Shown here: in pieces, positions 9,901-22,600 of the stretch
How positions within the stretch are numbered: position 1 is the stretch's first letter
Layout of the letters: each line of letters opens with the position of its first letter
Assembly: GCA_013265495.1 (NCBI GenBank)
Contig: MU058451.1
Span: forward strand, 1,402,167 to 1,466,166
From: Vicugna vicugna
Taxonomy: Eukaryota
DNA: 64,000 nt
Direction: 5' to 3'
The notes under the pieces: generated by a model
What the model saw: the letters and a program-made list of their open reading frames with translations, nothing else
Told to the model about the DNA's origin: nothing
The model's database searches: none
Translations under genes and position numbers: made by a program

Positions 9901-12649
9901 CGGGAGGAGTCCTTTGTCATCCATGACGCGACAAATCCTCCTCTGCTTGTTTATTTATCCAAGAATTGCAGCCAGATTTTTCCCTCCTTGGAGCCCCAGG
10001 AGGCCTTAGGGTTTAGGCAGGCCAGTGCCTGGACACATCAGGTTTGCGAAGTTTGAAGGTAGACAAGCCGGAATGAAGCATGAAAAAGGGGAGCGGGAAG
10101 GTGTTGAGACTCAGAGACTTGATTTTCTCTGACATTTAGGGCAGAAGGAAAAGCCCTCACTGATTGTGTTGGCAATTGAAAATGCAGGAGACTGTGAAAA
10201 AGATTTTTTTTTTTTAAAAGCGGTGCATGTGGATTCTTGGACGCCATAACTGTTTTGCAAACCCCAGATTACTAGAATGCTGCTTGTCTCCTGCAAGTGA
10301 CTTTGAACACTCCATTAGGAGATTAAAGCAGCCCAGCTCTCAGGAAGAAAAGCCCTATTGGGCGAAGATCTCCTTAGGAGGCCTGTTTGCAGAAACCCTG
10401 GACTTCACCGATTTGGTGGTTCCTGAAGAGCAGGTAAGTCTGGACTGTGGCTCATGGGTCTGATAGAAATTTTATTTAAAAAATTTCCTTGAGACAGCCT
10501 TTCATTCCTAGGCAGAACCTAAGACTCTGACATAGGAGATTTTTCTTTTACCGTTGAATTTTATCGGCAGTACTTTGGAAGTGTGAAAACCTTCCATTAC
10601 GAAACACGCTTTGAAATGTAGCAGCCAGCTCTGGTCTCCAGTATGTGATCCCAAGCCTTGGATTTAATTTAAGGAGAGAGTGACATCCTGCCATGTGGCA
10701 TGTTCTGGGAAGAGGCACCTCTGTTCTAGACATTAGGAGATCTCTGCCTATCAGCTCAGCCACCTTTGGCCACTTGCTGGCCTTCTTGGAGTTGTTTCTC
10801 TGTGCATAGCCACCTCCCAGGTGGTCGTGGTGAGGGACAAGCAGACCACCGTGTGCAAGTTCCACTGGAAACTGTAGAACATTGTACAAGGTCAGTTATT
10901 ACGTTTTTGTCCCCATTCTCTTCCCTGGGGGCTCGTTCTTGTCTTCCCCCTCTCCCAAAAGTAGGCTCTGCTCAGAGTCACTCTCATTTCAGCAGCCCTG
11001 CACCCTCTGTCCCCTTCCCCCTCAGTGCCTCATCCTCTATAGAACATCAAGTAAAAACTAAATGCCGCCTGGCGCCAGAAGGAAATTCTCATGTAATAGA
11101 TACTTTGTGGTGTCGGAGAGCAAGGATTCTGTACACTTTGTCAACCAGTCCCTTAAACTCTTCTGTAAAAGGAGGCCTGGCTTATTTACATACAAACTTT
11201 GTTTCCCTAGCCCCAAGCCCCTCTGACCTCCAGTTCTAAAATGAGCTCTCATAACGATCAGAAAACTGGGAGGTGTTTTGGGAAATGTGCCCATTTTTTC
11301 TTGATTTTTTTTTCCTTTGGCTTATTTGTGCTGCTCTGCCCAATTAGCAAGGATAATGAGCCAATTAGCTAGCAGAGAGGGGGAAAAATGCTGCTACATT
11401 TCTCTGTAGGTTTCAGTCTCAAAGGAGAACTCTTTGAGGATGTTGGAAACAGAACTGGGTAAGTTATCCTCATGCCTGTTTCATCACCCTGCCCCTAGTC
11501 CTTCTTAGATTGCCACACTCAAGCAACTCCCTTTAGGGAATAGAGGAGCAGAATTAAAATAAATAATAAGAAAAGTAAAAGACTAAACTGTAAACTCAAG
11601 GAAGGCAGAGGCTGTGCCTTGTTCATCTGGGTCTTCCCAGTATCTAGCACTGCCTTTGAAAGGTACTAACTAAATATTTGATGATTTAAAATATTCACAA
11701 ACACGTAAACACAGTCCAGTATTCACTCGTTATTCATGGGAGACACACGTTCAACCTATCCTTTTCCCTTCATTTAACCAACTCAGTTTATTGCTCTCCC
11801 CCACTGTCAACACTTACAGAGATCCAATTTAACTTTTCATTAATTGAATGGACTTCTAAAGAGCATCTTCTGTTTTCAAATGTAGCTTTATATGTCTGTT
11901 TACTTATACTATACTTGCCACAACCACGGAGTTAATTCTAAATAACTAAAGAGTTGCATTTATGGTAAACACTGCAGTGCAAGATTTCTTATGAAAATGA
12001 AATCTGACTTTAAATAGAATTTGTAACTTTTTTCCTGATTGAAAAAAATACAGAATTTTTATAAAATTTCAGGGGATCACAGACTTACAAAGCCTCAGAT
12101 TAAACCTTTATCATAGAGTAAGGGGAGACTGAGACCCTTAAAGGCCCACACACTTACTGGGTGAACAGAGAAGGGGAATTCAAAAAAAGGGGCAGGAATC
12201 AGAGAGGTGAGAGGAAAACCAAGGGAGAGTAGTGTCTTTGAAAGCAAGGGAGGAATTTCAGGGATAATGGGGGTGGGACTTGCAGTTGAGGAAAGGTCTT
12301 GTTTTGAAGCTTCCCCTGTGCTCCCAACACATGGCAATAAGAGTTAAAGTGTAACAGTAGGAAACTAAAAAGACATAGCCATGAGCAAAAGCTAGAAAAA
12401 TACCTCTGTGGACCAGGAATAGAACAGAAACTGAACGTTGCGTGGAGTCGAAGCTCCTGGCAGGTCCTCAGGGTCTCCTCCAGGCAGGAGCATCCAGGAG
12501 TTGAGTTCCTTTGCACAAAGGGGAATGTAACTGTCCCAACTGAGGAGGGAGACTGACCTGGGTCACTCCCTAAATTAGGATGCTGGAGCATGGCTCCACT
12601 TTAGTGAATGCGACCACTGAGGAAGTAAAGGAAAGCAGGCGCAGCCAGC

Positions 12650-13460
12650 ATGTTGGCTGTGTGACTGGATCAGTTTCTATTGTATTTTTTCTCTTAATTG
12701 TGGCTCACGTTTTCCTACTACTTTGCATGCCTGGTGACTTTTGTTTGGATGCCAGACTTTGTGAATTTTGTCTGTTGGTTGCTGGCATCTTTGGATTCCT
12801 GGAAGTATTATCTGTCTTTATTCTGGGATTCATTTAAGTTAGTTGGAAATCATGTAATCCTTTTCGATCTTGCTTTTAAAATAGGTAGAAGGAATCAGCG
12901 CAGTGCTTGTTCTAAGTCTAATTATTCCCCCTGCTGAGGCAGCTCTTCCGAGCACTCGACCTAATGCCCTGTGAATTGTGAGCTTTTCCCGTCTGGCTGG
13001 GGCAGGTATCATTCCTGGTCCTGTGTGAGGACCTGGCACTGCTCCCTCTGATCTTTTTTGGTGGGAGTTCCTTTCAGCCTTTGGTAGGTTCCATGTATTC
13101 TTGTGCTGATCAGCTGAAAACGCCAGGGGGCCCCTCTGCAGATCTCCAGAGTTGTCTCTGTGCAGCTCCCTTCTCTCTGGTCCTCTTCTCTGTGAATTCC
13201 AGCTGCCTTGTTCTCCCCAGTCTCTCAGCTCTGTCTGTTCCACTCAGGGGGTCGGTCTGGGCTCTCCCTTTCTGCTCCTCAGTCTGGAAGCCTCTGTGGT
13301 GGCAATAGCCGGGGTGGCTGTAGCCGTTATAGGGCTTTCCTGGTTTGTTTCCCATCCCTTAGGGTCCCCTGTCCTGTACTACCTCATGCCCAGTGTTTGG
13401 AGAACCATTATTTCATGTATTTTGCCTGTTTTGTGGTGGTTTCTCATGGAAGGGTGAGTC
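12650..13460 (-). mobile_element. Old L1M 5'/ORF1-region fragment
   Basis: Typical antisense L1M text (TTTGCATGCCTGGTGACTTTTG...GGATGCCAGAC; CAGTGTTTGGAGAACCATTATTTCATGTATTTTG). Confidence 0.6.
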
Positions 13461-13525
13461 TTTAATTTTATCTCTGGAACTCAATTTTGATCAAGTGGAA
13501 GTCTTTGGAATTACACCTTAGAAAA

Positions 13526-13600
13526 TTTTCTTTCTTTCTTTCCTTCCTTCCTTCTTTTCTTTTCTCTTTCCTTCCTTCCTTCTTTTCTTCTTTCTTTCTT
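13526..13600. repeat. CT-rich simple repeat (TTTC/TTCC)n
   Basis: Seen directly. Confidence 0.85.
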
Positions 13601-14914
13601 GAATTATACTTGCTTAGACATGCTTGTATTTTGAGGAAGAGATTAAAGATTTTAAAAATATGAGAAACAAAAAGGAATAGCAGTGGGCCATGTTCCCAGA
13701 GAGATGGAGGGGTTAGCTTTGAAGAGCAGAAGATACACCTCTTTGCCCAAAATGAGTTGAAAATAAATAATGTAGGATGCAGGTAGATCAGCAGAGGTTT
13801 CTCATGGGAAGTTAAAGCGCTGTTAGCCCCTGAGGGGCTTTATTTGCTCAGTGGACTCTAAGTTAAGGTTATTGGCTTAGAATAGGTGAGCAGGCATGAG
13901 GAGTCCAGATTAACAGAAGTGGGAAATGTGGAGTAACCATTTTGGACAATGTAAGAAAGGACTGAGTAGGTGTAAGGAAAGTCTTTCAGAGCCGTTCTAA
14001 GGGCCCTGATGAGGTTGGCTGAGTAGCACTCACGCCCAGTAACAAATGTGAAGTTTTCTAGCACTGTGGTTGATAGGTATTGGTTTTTAGGTAAAAATAG
14101 TTGAATCTTGATAATGAGTTTGCATACTTAGTATGAAGAATTTATGGGAATAAGCTGCTAATGGGTTCAGTTAGGCTTTAACGAGGTAGAGAGGCAATTG
14201 AGGAATATGGAGATATTAGGGGAGATACTCTGAGTTTTAGAAGAAGCTTCTATGGTTGGAGACCCGTGGTAGGCAGGAGGGAGGCAAAATGAAGGCATAT
14301 TTTGTTTATTTTTTTCTTTTTGGGTTTAGTAGAAAGGGAAGGATTTGCAGACACAGTGCCACTGAGTTGCACAAGTCTTGAGGGTACTATTGACATAGAG
14401 TACAATATGGAAGAGTCCATATATTTATTTTCTATTTATTTTTTAAATATTATGTGTTTTTTATTGAATGTATATTATATTTGTCAGTTGTGCCTTGGCC
14501 TTACAACTAAAACACATAAATGCATGCATGCATACATACACACAAACTGTTCTTCAAAATTTAGGCTACCTGAAGGTATTGGCAGATTTCTTTCAATATA
14601 TTCCACAGCCATTTAGAACACAGCAAATATTGGGTATTTTAAGTTGATGGTAAGCCCCTGATTTCTTAATATTAGCCAGAGGGCACTCACTGGCATGTGA
14701 TATATAATTTAATGGGTGGAAAAAAACTAGTGTAAGTCAGATTAGTCCCTGACTGCCCTTATTTTCTCACCCTGCACACCGAATTTCAGTATCCCCACAC
14801 ATTTTACAATAAAGGTATTGAGGTTAAGAGAGGTGAAGTCCCTTGCTGAGAGTCAGCTGAAGGAGAACTCAGAATTCCAGACTAGGAGTCTAGCACTCTT
14901 GTTACCATATGCCC

Positions 14915-15215
14915 ACAGTAGTTAATTTGATGTTTCAGTTTGGCTAGGGCATAGTACCCAGATATTTGATCAAACTCTATTCTAGATGCCTTTGTGGAGT
15001 GTTTTTTTTTTTTAAGATGGACTTCACATTTAAATCAGTAGACTGAGTAAAACAGTTTATTCTCTGTAGTGTGAGTGGGCCTTATCCCATCAGTTGACTG
15101 TCTTAATAGAAAAAGACTGACCTCCTCCTCAGAAGAGGAGATTCTGCAGGGAGATTGCCTTCAGACTTGAGCTCCAGCTCTTTCCTCTGTCTCCAGCCTG
15201 CTGCCTACGCTGCAG
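14915..15215 (+). mobile_element. MLT2 (ERVL) LTR fragment
   Basis: GTTAATTTGATGTTTCAGTTTGGCTAGGGCATAGTACCCAGATATTTG...CATTTAAATCAGTAGACTGAGTAAA...GTGGGCCTTATCCCATCAGTTGA. Confidence 0.8.
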
Positions 15216-16534
15216 AGAATGTTCATAAAGACAGTTAAATCCTAGAGAATTTAATAAGCATGATCATGTGCAATACTAGGCATTCTGTGCTTAAATTGGG
15301 AATATTTAAATTATAAAGGAATAGTGAATCTCATAACCCTTGAAATTTAGTTCTCATCTTAGAAGTCATGGAAAAATTAGTCTTGCCAGGGAGAAAAATG
15401 CCCCAAGTAACTATTAAGTATCAACACATTGACTTTTCATATTTCCTTTTGATATTATTTATGCTGCTTGGTTGAAAAATACTGATTTTAATTATAAATT
15501 TTCCTTTACATTGTTTAGATTCATATGACCCCTGAATCTTTTCCTTTAATAGAAATATAATTCTCCTACCACAGAATTCACCCTTCGTAAACATGCAGTT
15601 CATGGTTTTTAGTATTCTCACAAGGTTGTACAATCATTACCTTTGTGTATTTCCCAAATATTTTTATCATCCCAAATGAAACCCCAAAACAATTAGCAGT
15701 CACTCCTCACCTCCGGGAAGCTACTCCTCCACAGCTCGTGGAAACCACTGATCTTTCTGTCTCTGTGTATTTGTCTCTTCTGGTCATATTACATGAATGG
15801 AATCATTAATTTCATTTATAAGCCATCCATATAATAAGTTACAGAACTTAATGTCTTAGTTTATTTATTATAAACATATTATTAAGTATAATGTTTTTCA
15901 AGGTTTATCCATATTTTAGCGTATATTAGTACTTTTTATATGGCTGGATAATACTCCATTGTGTGTTTGTTATCCATTCATCAACTGATGGACATTTGGG
16001 TTGTTTCCACTTTTTGGCTGTTATGAATAATGATGCTATAAATATTTGTGTATACGATTTTGTGTGAACATATGTTTTCAAGCTTCTTGGGTATATATCT
16101 AGGAGTGGAAATGCCGAGTCATATGGTAACTCTTATGTTTAACTTTCTGAGAATCTATCAGGTTACTTTCGAGGTGGCTGTACCATTTTATGTTTCCAGA
16201 AGCAAAGTAGAAAAGTTCCAATTTCTCCACATCCTTATCAACATTCTTTATTGTACTTTGTTCAGGTTATAGTCATCCCAGTGGGTGTGAAGTGATATCT
16301 CATTGAGGTTTTGATTTGCATTTCCCCAATGACTAATGATATTTGGCATTTTTCTATGTGCTTGTTGGCCATTTGTGTATCTTCTTTGAAAAAAAAGTCT
16401 ATTCAAGCCCTGGTCCATTTTTTAATTGGAGTGTTTGTATTTTTGTTGTTAAATTGTAAGTTTTCTTTATTTATTCTGGCTACTAGACCCTAATCAAATA
16501 TATGATTTGTAAATATGTTTTCCCATTCTGTCTT

Positions 16535-17262
16535 CTTAAACTATAGTTGATTTACAATCTTGTGTTAGTTTCAGGTGTACAGCTTCAGATTCTTTTCCAT
16601 TATAGGTTATTACAAGATATTGAATATAGTTCCATGTGCTATACAGTAAATCCTTATTGTTTATCTATTTTATATATAGTAGTATGTATCTAGTAATCCC
16701 CAACTTCTAATTTATCCCTCCCCCCACCTTTCCCTTTGGTAACTATAAGTTTGTTTTCTATGTCTGTGAGTTTGTTTCTGTTTTGTAAATAAGTTGATTT
16801 GTATTACTTTTTAAATTCCACATATATGTCATATCATAAAATATTTGTCTTTCTCTGGCTGACTAACTTCACTTAGTATAATAGTCTCTAGGTCCATCCA
16901 TGTTGCTGCAAATGGCATTATTTCATTATTTTTATGACTGAGTAATATTCCATTGTGTGTGTGTATATATATATATACCACATCTTCTTTATTGATTCAT
17001 CTGTTGATGGGCATTTAGGTTATTTCCATGTCTTACTGTTGTGAATATTACTGCTATGACCATTGGTGTGCTTGTATCTTTTCAAATTAGAGTTTTTGTC
17101 TTTTCTGGGTGTATGCCCCAGAGTGGGATTGCTGGATCATATGGTAACTCTATTTTTAGTGTTTTAAGGAAGCTGTAGACAGTTTTCCATAGTGGCTGTA
17201 CCAATTTACTTTCCTACTGACAGTGTAGGAGGGTTCCCTCTTCTCCACACCCTCTCCAGCCC
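16535..17262 (-). mobile_element. Younger cetartiodactyl-type L1 3' end nested in the old L1M
   Basis: TATAGTTGATTTACAAT...TATAGGTTATTACAAGATATTGAATATAGTTCCATGTGCTATACAGTAA...GGGTTCCCTCTTCTCCACACCCTCTCCAGC. Confidence 0.85.
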
Positions 17263-18396
17263 TGCCTCTCTCTTGCTTTCTTGCTTTTTTCTTTTTGGTC
17301 TAATTGTCCTAGCTAGAATGTTGAAAAGAAGAGATAAGAGCATACATCCTTCTCTTATTCCTGAATTTTGGAGAAAAACATTCATTCTTTCACCAATAAG
17401 TATGATGTTAGCTGTGGATTTTTTGTAGATGTGCTTTGTCATATTGAAGAAGTGTCATTCTACCCCTAGTTTGTTTGATGCTTTATCATGAAGGGTGTTG
17501 GATTTTGCAAAATGCTTTTTCTGCATCTAATGAGCTCATCATGTGATTTTTGTACTTATTTCAATTGATATGGTGAATTACATTAATTGGCTTTTGGATG
17601 TAAAACCAACTTTACATTCCTGGAATAAATCCCAATTGGTTATGATACATAGCCCTTTTTATATATTGCTGGGTTTGATTGGCTAATATTTTATCAAGGA
17701 TATTTATGTCTATATTCAGAAGAGATACTGGTTTCTTTTCTTGTTATGTCTTTCTCTGTTTTTGGCATCATCAGTGTAATACTGGCATCATAGAATGAAT
17801 TAGGAAGTGTTCCCTTCACTTCTGCTTTTTCAAAGAGTTTGTGAAGGGTTGATGTTAATCGTTCTTTAAATGTTTAGAGGAATTCACCAGTGCATTTATG
17901 GGCTTTCCTCTGGGAAGTTTTGTAATTACTAATTTAATCTCTTGTCACAGGTCTATTCAGAAATTTTATTTCTTCTTGAATCAGTTTTGGTAGTGTGTAT
18001 CTTTATCTGAATTTGCCAATTTAATTTAGATTATCTAATTTGTTGGCATGCAATTTCTCATAAAAGGTTTATAGAGAACCTTATAATCCTTTTTATTTTT
18101 GTGAAGTCAGTACTAATGTCCCCTCTTTAAAGCCTGGTTTTAGTAATTTGAATCCAGTCTCTTCTTTTTGATCATTCTAACTAAAGGTTTGATTTCGTTG
18201 ATCTTACCAGAGAGCTAACATTTTGATTTTGTTGATCGTTCTTTATTTTTATATTCTCTGTTTTATTTCCACAGTGACCATCGTTTTCTTCCTTCTGCTT
18301 GCATTTGGTTTACTTTGCTCTTCTAGTTTCTTAAGGTGGAAGTTTAGGTTATTGATTTGAATCCTTTTTGTCTTTTTAAATATAGGCATTTACAGG

Positions 18397-18843
18397 TGTG
18401 GTGGATAATTTTATGTATTGACTTAGGCTTAGGGATACCCAGAGATAGCTGGGAAAGCATTGTTTCTGGACACATCTGTGTGGCTGTCTCCAGAAGAGAT
18501 TGACATTTGAGTCAGTGGACTGCATAAAAATGATTGCCCTCACCAACATGGATGAGCATCATCCAATCGTTTGAAGGGTCTGAGTAGAATTAAAATGTGG
18601 AGGAAGGGCTGGTTCACTTTCTCTACTTGAGCTGAGATATCCACCTTCCCTTGCCTTTGGACAGCAGCTGTCCTGGTTCTTGGGCCTTCAGACTCAAACT
18701 GAATTCCACTGCCAGCTTGCAGATGGTGGATTGGATTGTGGAACTTCTCAGCCTCCAAAATCCTGTGAGCCAATTCCTATAATAAAACTCCTCTTATATG
18801 TATCCTTTTGGTTTTGTCTCTCTGGAGAACCCTGACTAATACA
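18397..18843 (+). mobile_element. Complete MLT2 solo LTR nested in L1M
   Basis: TG...CA termini (TGTGGTGGATAATTTTATGT ... GAGAACCCTGACTAATACA) with a near-perfect 5-bp TSD, ACAGG/AAAGG. Confidence 0.85.
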
Positions 18844-19362
18844 AAAGGTATAAATTTCCCTCAGGCACTGCTTTAGTTATATTTCTCAAGTTTTGGTTTC
18901 TTGTGTCTTCCTTTTCTTACATCAAAGTATTTTCTAATTTCCTTTGTGATTTCTTCTTTGACTTACTGACTTTTTAAGGAATATGTTGTTTAATTGCCAC
19001 ATCTGTGTGAGTTCCCAAATATCCTTCTATAATTGGAGAAATACTTCTTATTATTTGAGGCTTTTACTTTACTGACACTTGTTTTATGATGTAGCAAACT
19101 CCCTATCCTGGAGAATGTTCCATGGTGTTCTCCTGTTGTCTGGAAAGTTACATATACGTGCATATATTATAGTATTGTTCAGGTATTCTATTTCTTTGTT
19201 GATCTTTCTAGTTCTGTCCATTATTAAAAATGGGATACTGAAGATCCAACTATGATTGTTGATTTTTTTCTAATTATTCCTTTAATTCTGACAGTTTTTA
19301 ATTTACATATTTTGGTATTCTTTATGTAAGTTTATAATTGTTACATTTTCTTGGTGAATTGG

Positions 19363-19363
<1 letters not shown>

Positions 19364-19417
<54 letters not shown>
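19364..19417. repeat. (ATT)18 microsatellite
   Basis: Seen directly. Confidence 0.95.
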
Positions 19418-19418
<1 letters not shown>

Positions 19419-22188
19419 GAAGTCTTCAATCTGATAAAAATGTATTATAGTCTGTTTTGTCTGATATTGGTATGGCCACTCTAGTTCCTTCAGTGACTGT
19501 TTGCAAAGTATATCTTGTCCATCCTTTTATTTTATACGTATTTGTTTCTTAGAATCTAGAGAATATCTTTTGCAAATAGCATACAATTAGATCATGTTTT
19601 TTAACTGTTCTACCAGTCTCTGCTTTGGAGAGTTAAACTGGAGAGTTTAATTCATTTATATATAGGCAGTTACCAATGAGGTAGGATTTATGCCTACCAT
19701 TTCACTGTTTGTTTTTTGTATATCTTACATGTTTTTTATTCCTCTATTCTTCCATTACAGCCTCTTTTTGGTGTTAAATAGATATCTTATAGTGTATGAT
19801 TTTAATTCTTTTGTCATTTCTTTTACTGTATATTTTTGGAATTACTTTATTTTTGGTTGCTCTGAGGGTTACAAATAATATCTTAATTTATAACAATCTA
19901 TTTTGGATTAATACCAACTTACTTTCAATAGCATACAAAAACCTTGCTCATATGGGGCTCTGTTTTCTCCTCCCCCCTTATTTTCTGTTACTGTCATACA
20001 AATTACATCTTTATGCATTGAAAAAAATCCATCAACACAGATTTATAATTATTGCAGTATGCAGCTGTCTTTTAAATCAAATAGGGGAGTTATCAGCAAC
20101 AGAAAACATTTATACTGTTTTTTATATTTACCTACATTGTAAAGACCAATGCTCTTTTTTTCTTTGTCTGTATTCAAGAATTTGCAGAATACTGCTTAGC
20201 TCCCTTTAGTATGTCTTGTAGGGCAGGTTAGATAGTGACACATTTTCTCAGTTTGTTTTTTTTAATCTGAGAATGTCTTAATTTGCTTCTAATTTTTGAA
20301 AAATAGCTTTGCTGGATATTGAATATTTTCTGTCAACAATTTGAATAGGTTGTCCCACTGCCATATGGTTTCCATGGTTTCTGAGAAGAAATCACTACAG
20401 TCTTATTGGGGATCCCTTTTATGCGATGAGTTGCTTCTCTTTTGCTGTTTTCAAAACTCCCTCTTTGTTTTTTTTTCAGTTTGATTTTGATGTGTCTCAG
20501 TGTGGATATCTGTTTATCTTATCATCATTTGTTGAATTTCTGGAATGTATATAGATGCATACCTCTCATCAGATGTGTGAAAGTTTCAGCCATTAGTTTT
20601 CAAATAATTTTTATGCTTCTTTTTCTCTCTCCTTTCCTTTTGGGACTCCCATAATTCATATATTACAGCATGTCTGTGTCCTACAAGTCTCTAGTCTCTT
20701 CTGTGTTTTTAATTCATTTTTATTTCTCTCTCTCAGATAGTATTCTCAGTTCAGCTGTCTTCTAGTTCACTTGTTCTTTTTCTGGCTGCTCAAATCTGTT
20801 GAATCCTCTCTGGTACATTTTTCATTTAAATTTATGTACTTTCAATTTCCAGAGTTTCTATTTGATTTCTTTTTATAATTTCTGTCTCTATTGATAGTCT
20901 TTGGTGAGACATTATTCTCATACTTACCTTTAGTCTTTAGACTTTTCTTTTAAAAGTTCTTTGAACATATTTAAAATAGCTAATTTAAAATCTTGTGTCT
21001 AGTAAGTCCAATGTCTGGGACTTCCTTAGGTATATTTTTCTATTGGTTGCTTTTCTTCCTCATGTGTGGGCCATACTTTATTGTTTCTTTGCATGCCTCA
21101 TAGTTTTTTGTAGATAACCAGACATTTTGAAAAAAAACCAGACATGTAATGGTGGCAACTCTGGAAATCAGAACTTCTTCCTCTCCAGGGTTTGCAGTTC
21201 TATGCTGTTGTTTTTGTTTGTTTAGTGACTTTCCTGCACGAATTCCCTAAAGTCTGTGTTCTTTGTTGTGTGTTACCACCAAAGTTTCTACTTAGTTAGC
21301 TTCATGGTCTGCTAATGATCGGGCAGAGATTTCCTTAAATGCCTGAAACCAGTAAATCTCCCAGTCTTTGCTGAGGAGCTCACTGTGTGTGTGCTAGGGC
21401 ACAGCTTCAACACTTAGCCAAGCAGTTCACAGTTCTCCCTCAGCCTTCCCTTCCTACTTGCAGAGGGCCTCGAGGTCTTAAGCACGTGCACAGCTCTGGG
21501 AATGTGACAGACGTGCCTCTATTTGTGGTTTTCTCAATTCCCAGGAGCATTTCAGAGCTTTTCAAAGCCCCTGTAGATTTCTTATCCAAACTTTTCCCTT
21601 TAACATTTTTGGTTAGCCTATTATTATCCGGAAACATTATTTACTACCTTAAGCAGCTTCAGAGTTAAACAATTGCCTATAATTTTTGACAAATGCACCT
21701 GGAGAAAAGACTTTTTGTACTGGGTGAGCTCTGAGTCAGGTTAAATAAAGATATCACTTCAAGTAGGGTCTTGCAGAGAACTATGTTCAGATAATGACAA
21801 GTCTTTTGGAATGAAACTTTAATGAAGCTCTGCCTCATTCTGCTCCTTCCAGTGGCTGTTAGTCTGCTGAATTTCGCTATGATTTTGAGCTGTCTGCTTT
21901 CAAGGCTAATGTAGAGGAGCTGGAGAGGAGGAATGGGCATAGGGCAAATTAAAATGCCACAAAGCACACTGTTCTTACCAAGATTCAGCTATTTTTTTCT
22001 TGCAAAGCCACTACCCAGATTTCTGGGAGCCTTTGGTTAATTTCTAGCATTTCTGAAAATATTGAATCTGACAAATTTTTTGTGAGTTTTCTCATTGCTT
22101 TAATGGAGGAGTTGGAGGAGAGATTTTTTGGAGGTCACTGATCTGCCATTTTTGCTGACATCATTCCCTTTCCCACTGAATTGTGATG

Positions 22189-22194
<6 letters not shown>

Positions 22195-22224
<30 letters not shown>
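22195..22224. repeat. (AC)n microsatellite
   Basis: Seen directly. Confidence 0.95.
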
Positions 22225-22227
<3 letters not shown>

Positions 22228-22351
22228 GAGATCTAATTAGAAAGGCAGTAAATGAAGTGCCAGTTCTCCTGTTCATGTGTAAGGAGAAGAATGTTAAGAG
22301 GTCTCACATATATTGAGGAATTTGCTTTCAATCTTTTCTTTCAACTTCTCT

Positions 22352-22600
22352 TGGAACGAAGTGTGACTCCAGGAGCAGCAGCTAGCTCCTGGGATTTAGC
22401 TAGACTGTTTGCACACTGCTTGTCCACCACATCGTCCTGTGTAGACCACACTCCTGTGCATGTGTGCATTTGTGGTTTTGCTTCTACATCTTCCTTAATA
22501 GCTTTTCTGTGGTTAGACTTTCCATGGCAAGAACTGAATCATTCTCTTGAGAGAGTCTGGTGTAGGAACAGCTGTGTTCTAAAGGCTTTCCCTCTACATC
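22352..22600 (+). pseudogene. Relic exon of a BTBD8-like gene: first BTB domain
   Basis: With three 1-2 nt indels, 22393-22510 reads DLARLFAHCLST(D)IVLC(V)DHTPVHVCIVVLLLHLP**LF. This is in register with remembered BTBD8 [39 protein letters not shown]. It is preceded by ER...LQEQQLA. Confidence 0.6.

Larger units (their letters stand above)
15540..22165 (-). mobile_element. Large fragmented old L1M (3' end, ORF2 and ORF1 remnants), interrupted by younger insertions
   Basis: Antisense L1 hallmarks (TATCCATTCATCAACTGATGGACATTTGGGTTGTTTCCAC; TGATGTTAGCTGTGGATTTTT; ORF1-type text at 20200-21200). No intact ORF. Confidence 0.85.
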
